Assembly: GCA_012295275.1 (NCBI GenBank)
Contig: CM022666.1
Location: 14,198,001-14,262,000, forward strand
From: Chrysomallon squamiferum
Taxonomy: Eukaryota > Animalia > Mollusca
Length of the DNA stretch: 64,000 bases
Reading direction: 5' to 3'
This document shows, in pieces, positions 58,250-64,000 of this stretch. The notes under the pieces were generated by a model, which made no database searches, was not told the DNA's origin, and was given only the letters and a program-made list of their open reading frames with translations. Positions within the stretch are counted from its first letter, which is position 1. Every line of letters begins with the position of its first letter. A program made the translations under genes and the position numbers.

Positions 58250-58307
58250 ATTATTAGTTAGTGACGTCAATGAACGTTTCGGATATTGACCTCAGTGGAC
58301 ACTGGTC
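58250..58307 (+). repeat. 58-bp inverted repeat arm (partner 59462-59519)
   Basis: attattagttagtgacgtcaatgaacgtttcggatattgacctcagtggacactggtc versus the partner's reverse complement: 2 mismatches. Confidence 0.95.
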
Positions 58308-58881
<574 letters not shown>

Positions 58882-59076
58882 TTTTTAATTATCAGTAACA
58901 TCTCGTGTTTCATGTAAACAAGTCACTCGATAAGTGAGCTTAACTTCCATTCATCTCACTGACGTTTTTCTCTCATCCTTTCCTCCGTACGATAATTCAT
59001 ATTTTACACTGCTTCACTCACACAGAGCATGCACACGTACACAGACACATAGAGACATACGGACACACGGACATGC

Positions 59077-59122
<46 letters not shown>

Positions 59123-59241
59123 TTACATGCTTGCATAAACACATACTTACATATCTACATACGGTACTTACATAAATTATGCACATATAGGCACTTACCA
59201 CACATATACATACACACAACAGTACAGATACAGAATACCAC

Positions 59242-59290
<49 letters not shown>

Positions 59291-59781
59291 TGACAAACAC
59301 ACACCCCTACACTCGCACGCAGACACACCCACACAAACCCACACACCCCACGAAGTGCAGAAACAACTCCTTTATTTTCTGAACCTCTGTAATAAAATGC
59401 AGGTGGTTGTTACTTTCATCGTATTCAAGCCACAGTGTCCAAACTTTACCTATTAAAAAATGACCAGTGTCCACTGAGGTCAATATCCGAAACGTTCATT
59501 GATGTCACTAATTAATAATTACGTATGAGTCCAATACAGACTTGTTTGCCCATTTTTTTATTCCAACTAGGGCATTAAAAATAAAAAAACATTAAATAAA
59601 TACAAAAAAAAAAAATATATATATATATAAATAAATAAATAAATAAAAATAAAATCCTTCCAGTTGAGTCTGCCATTCTATTAGTCAGTTGGTCTCCCTA
59701 CTTAAACTTCCTACATAGCTGTCTGTCTTTATGTCTGTATGTTTGTCTGTCTGCGAATTTCAATAGTGCTACAACCATACA

Positions 59782-59812
<31 letters not shown>

Positions 59813-59879
59813 CACACATACATACATACACACATACACACATACACACATACATACACACACACATACACACACACAC

Positions 59880-59912
<33 letters not shown>

Positions 59913-60191
59913 CATATCCGTATATGTGTGTAGGTGCGTGTGTGTGTGTGTGTGTATGTGTGTATGTGTGTGTGTATATATATATATAGGTAGATAGACA
60001 GATAGATAGATTCGGATAAATATTTTCCTACATACCTATATCTGACTGATTGCCGGATTTATTTTTTGCTAGGTATCAGTCTGTCTGTCTGTCTTTCTCT
60101 GTCTGTCTAGTTGTCTGTCTGTGTATCTATCTATCTATTTATCTATGTCTGTCTTTCTATCTTTCTATCTATCTATCTGTCTGTCTATCTG

Positions 60192-60250
<59 letters not shown>

Positions 60251-60965
60251 GTCTATCTGTCTATCTATCTGTCTGTCTGTCTATCTATCTGTCTATCTGT
60301 CTGTCTATCTATCTATGAGAAAAAATAAACGGTTATTTTTCTTTATTCACAGTATTACACTGCAGACTGTGCAACGGGCAGGGAACTAGAAAGAAAATAA
60401 TACAAATCGATATCAGTGATCGATGATCGTCTCGAGTTATTGGACCCGCAATTACGAAGTCGATATCAGCTTCATTTACATTTTGTGTCGTCTGCGGGGA
60501 ATTTTACTCCATTCTCAGACGTTTTGTCTCAATTTGTCTAACTGTCTAAACATTGAACCAGTTTGGGTCTTTAAGGCTGTCTTAATGGATGAAAATTATC
60601 GTACTCAGTCTTTCTAGATTTGGAGACAATAATTGTTGTCTACGTAACATTTTATTGTTCACAAAGGATGACATGAAGTATAAATACAAAAATCGCAGTT
60701 CTATTATAACTATGCTACTACTACTGCGATTACCACAGCTACTACTACCACTACTACCACAAATATTATTATTACTGCTGCTAATACTATTACTACTATT
60801 ATTACAACTCTATCAATTATTCTTCTGCTACCACATTTACTACTACTACTACTACCACTACTACCAATACTATATTATTATTACTGTTACTGCTCCTAGT
60901 ACTGGAACTACTACTACTATTATTACTTCTGCTACTACTAAAATAGCAACTTCTACTACTACTGC

Positions 60966-61424
60966 TATTACTAACAACCTGCTAATGATATCAATACTGC
61001 AGTTGCGTCTGTTATTGCTACAACTGCTACTACAAAAACAACAACAACCATTACTATTACAACTACAGCTACAACTATTTTTAAACGAAAGAAAAGAAAA
61101 GAAAACAGACGCAACCATTTGTCATTCGGGATACTGTGACCTAACGAAGACCTAGTTTTAAAAATAGTTTTTCTCTTTTTTTTTTTTTTTTTCTTTATTT
61201 TAATAATGTTATCACATGACACAATCCGGTACTAATGTAATTACAACTTCAAAACCTACGACACTGTCTGGCGAGTTGTCAGCGCAACATTTAACAGTGA
61301 TCCGATTAGATAATGACAGCACAGAATGGTGAAGGGAGCCCTTGCACTTTTATTACATCGTAACCCAATTTTCAGTATCCCATGGGTCAGGTTTTCTTAT
61401 TAACTAAAGCCATACGGGAAATAG

Positions 61425-61521
<97 letters not shown>

Positions 61522-61522
61522 G

Positions 61523-61618
<96 letters not shown>

Positions 61619-61648
61619 TTATGTATATATATATATCAGTTTAAAGCG
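60966..61648 (+). repeat. Presumed source copy of the 58308-58881 duplicate
   Basis: See 58308-58881; this copy is continuous with the upstream (ACT)n tract. Confidence 0.9.
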
Positions 61649-61891
61649 ATTATTTTACTTTCATCAAGATTTCTATGAGTGCATGAATAGGTGCGTGGAT
61701 GTACTCAAAAGTTTTAAGATGAACGGACAGTCGGATGAATGTCACTGATGATCATAGGTGAGCAGATTGATAGAGGAAAGAAAAGAAACAAAGATATATA
61801 TCTGTCTATCCATCCATCTATCCATCTATCTATTTATATATCTACCTAGCTATCTATATTTAAAATATATACACACACACACATACATACA

Positions 61892-61932
<41 letters not shown>

Positions 61933-62721
61933 GCACAGACAGACGGACAAACAGAAACACAGACAGAGATTGCTGTTAAGATTTCTCTGCACACACATTT
62001 AACTCTGCACCTGACAGAAACACGACACACAACCTATTTCTGAGTACAGCTTTGTCTTACTGTTTACACAGAACCGAGTTTGGTCGATTGCGTCTCTTCA
62101 AAACAATCTTTCTTACACTCAGATCCAGAAGACTAACGATTGCTGACAGCGAAACTCAATAAAGTAAACACTGAAGAGAAACAGCGAGCGACTTTTAAGT
62201 ATTTTCTTTTAGACGAAAGAAAACAAGAGTCGACAAGTGACTCCGTGATACCAACGTACCGGAAGTATTGGTCACTGAACGATTAAGCTCTGTCTTTTGT
62301 AGCGATTCTGTTATCAGTACGAGAAATGATTTTTCTTTCTAGTGTGGTTAAAAATGTCGTAAAGGAGAGTTGTATTGGCTATTGAGCGGCCAGGGTGTCG
62401 GGTTCGGATTCTATATCATCATGGCTTCGTCATTTGAAGGTCGTTTTTGAGTCGTGCCTGTTTTGATAATCGAGCAGCTAGATATTGAAAACCATTAATC
62501 TTTTCACGTGTGTTAATACCTAGTTGCCACGATCACTTGTCCCTTTTTTGTACATACCTGATCTATGAGACATTGGTTATCGTTAACCTTGTTTTCATTG
62601 CTTATTTTGTTTAGTTGTTTATTTGTTTATATTTTGTTTTCTTTGTTGTTTTCTTGGTGTGGATTGTTATTTGTTGTTGATGTTTGTGTGTTATTTTTAA
62701 GATTTTGATGATGACGGAATG

Positions 62722-62757
<36 letters not shown>

Positions 62758-62859
62758 TTATTTTATTATTTTATTATTATTTTACTATTTTTTTTTGGAG
62801 GGTTGTTGCTATTACCGTGTGTACGCCCGCGCATGTGTATGTGAATGTGTGTGTTAGAG

Positions 62860-62971
<112 letters not shown>

Positions 62972-63095
62972 CTGCTTTTATTTCCGTAATTCTCAACATA
63001 AAATCATTTTTCTTCAGATATAAAATAACATAGTTCCTATTATTGTCATGCTTGCTTGTGCGTGTTCGTTCATGTACGCATATCTATCCATCTAT

Positions 63096-63133
<38 letters not shown>

Positions 63134-63842
63134 CACACATATATGTATATTATTTTTCTGTAAAGCATCAGTTATCAAATATAAAATAAATCTTTATTCG
63201 ATATTAAAATGAACAAAAGATCTGAAGAACCGTTACAGTTATCGTCTATTAAAAACCAGGTCAAATACTTTCATATTTATAATGTATTGAAATATATTTG
63301 AAACCCCGTTTCATTCACTGAACTTCATAATCTACATCAAAGACAATTATTAATTTTTTTTTTCTAAATAAATCCATATCAAATATGAAACTGCTCAAGC
63401 GTGCAATCAGCAATCGATCTGTCATTAACTTCTGTTGTATTAAAAAGTTTACCCGGTGACTGTTGTTCTGTTTAATTATTTTACCCATGTAATCGAGAAA
63501 CACTTGATCGTTAAGTACAAAGTTCTGAACTGTGTAATCAAAAAACTGTCATCATTTCATAGCCGTTGACGTTAGTGAAAAGTGACTGCATTCGTGTGAA
63601 GTCATTCACCGATAGGACGGTTGTAGGAAAAAATGGCACCTGGAACAAATGGCACTGTGCAGATTTTGAAAAAATGGCACCTATTTTTTTTGTTCTGTAT
63701 AGTTGCTTTGATATAAAAAATTTAAAAGTACTTTTGAAAATACAGTTTATTCAAGCAATATTGTTACATAGATGTATATTAATATATAGCATCACTCAGC
63801 CATTTGGTTTTGCTTAACAAAGTGTACAGTATTATATCAAAG

Positions 63843-63942
63843 GTCCGGAAAAATGCTAAGGTCAGGTGAAACGAATTTAAATATTAACTCCAAAATTTAC
63901 CAAAATATATAACTTTAGTACACACAGCAGCTATATAACACA
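63843..63942 (+). repeat. About 100-bp dispersed direct repeat, copy 2
   Basis: Matches 57301-57400. Confidence 0.9.
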
Positions 63943-63950
63943 GGTTTATT

Positions 63951-63991
<41 letters not shown>

Positions 63992-64000
63992 CAAAGCAAC

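Noticed and set aside
62340-62415. tRNA/SINE-like head (ggttcggattc)
   Set aside because: Only a B-box-like word; no stems or SINE body.

Overview
AT-rich, microsatellite-dense animal genomic DNA. It is probably molluscan (inference from gene style and a tRNA-derived SINE); nothing here is prokaryotic. Three protein genes are supported, all on +. (1) The 3' part of an SLC16/monocarboxylate-transporter (MCT)-family gene (exon to 579), with an apparently disrupted last exon at 1961-2147 and a MULE transposase remnant in the intron. (2) A complete tandem SLC16 paralog, 13237-21066, 575 aa when spliced by hand. (3) A single-exon class A GPCR, 44081-45127, with non-canonical activation motifs. The main finding is in gene 2. 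Exon 2 exists as two intact 144-nt, same-phase copies (14371-14514 and 16372-16515) that differ at TM1/TM2 positions lining the substrate pocket of human MCT1. They are flanked by complementary intronic segments able to form competing RNA duplexes. This is a candidate structure-controlled, mutually exclusive exon switch of transporter specificity. The rest is simple repeats, minisatellites (two amplify splice sites), SINE copies, a modular dispersed repeat family and a locally templated insertion at 58.2-58.9 kb. Most ORFs in the supplied track are microsatellite artefacts.
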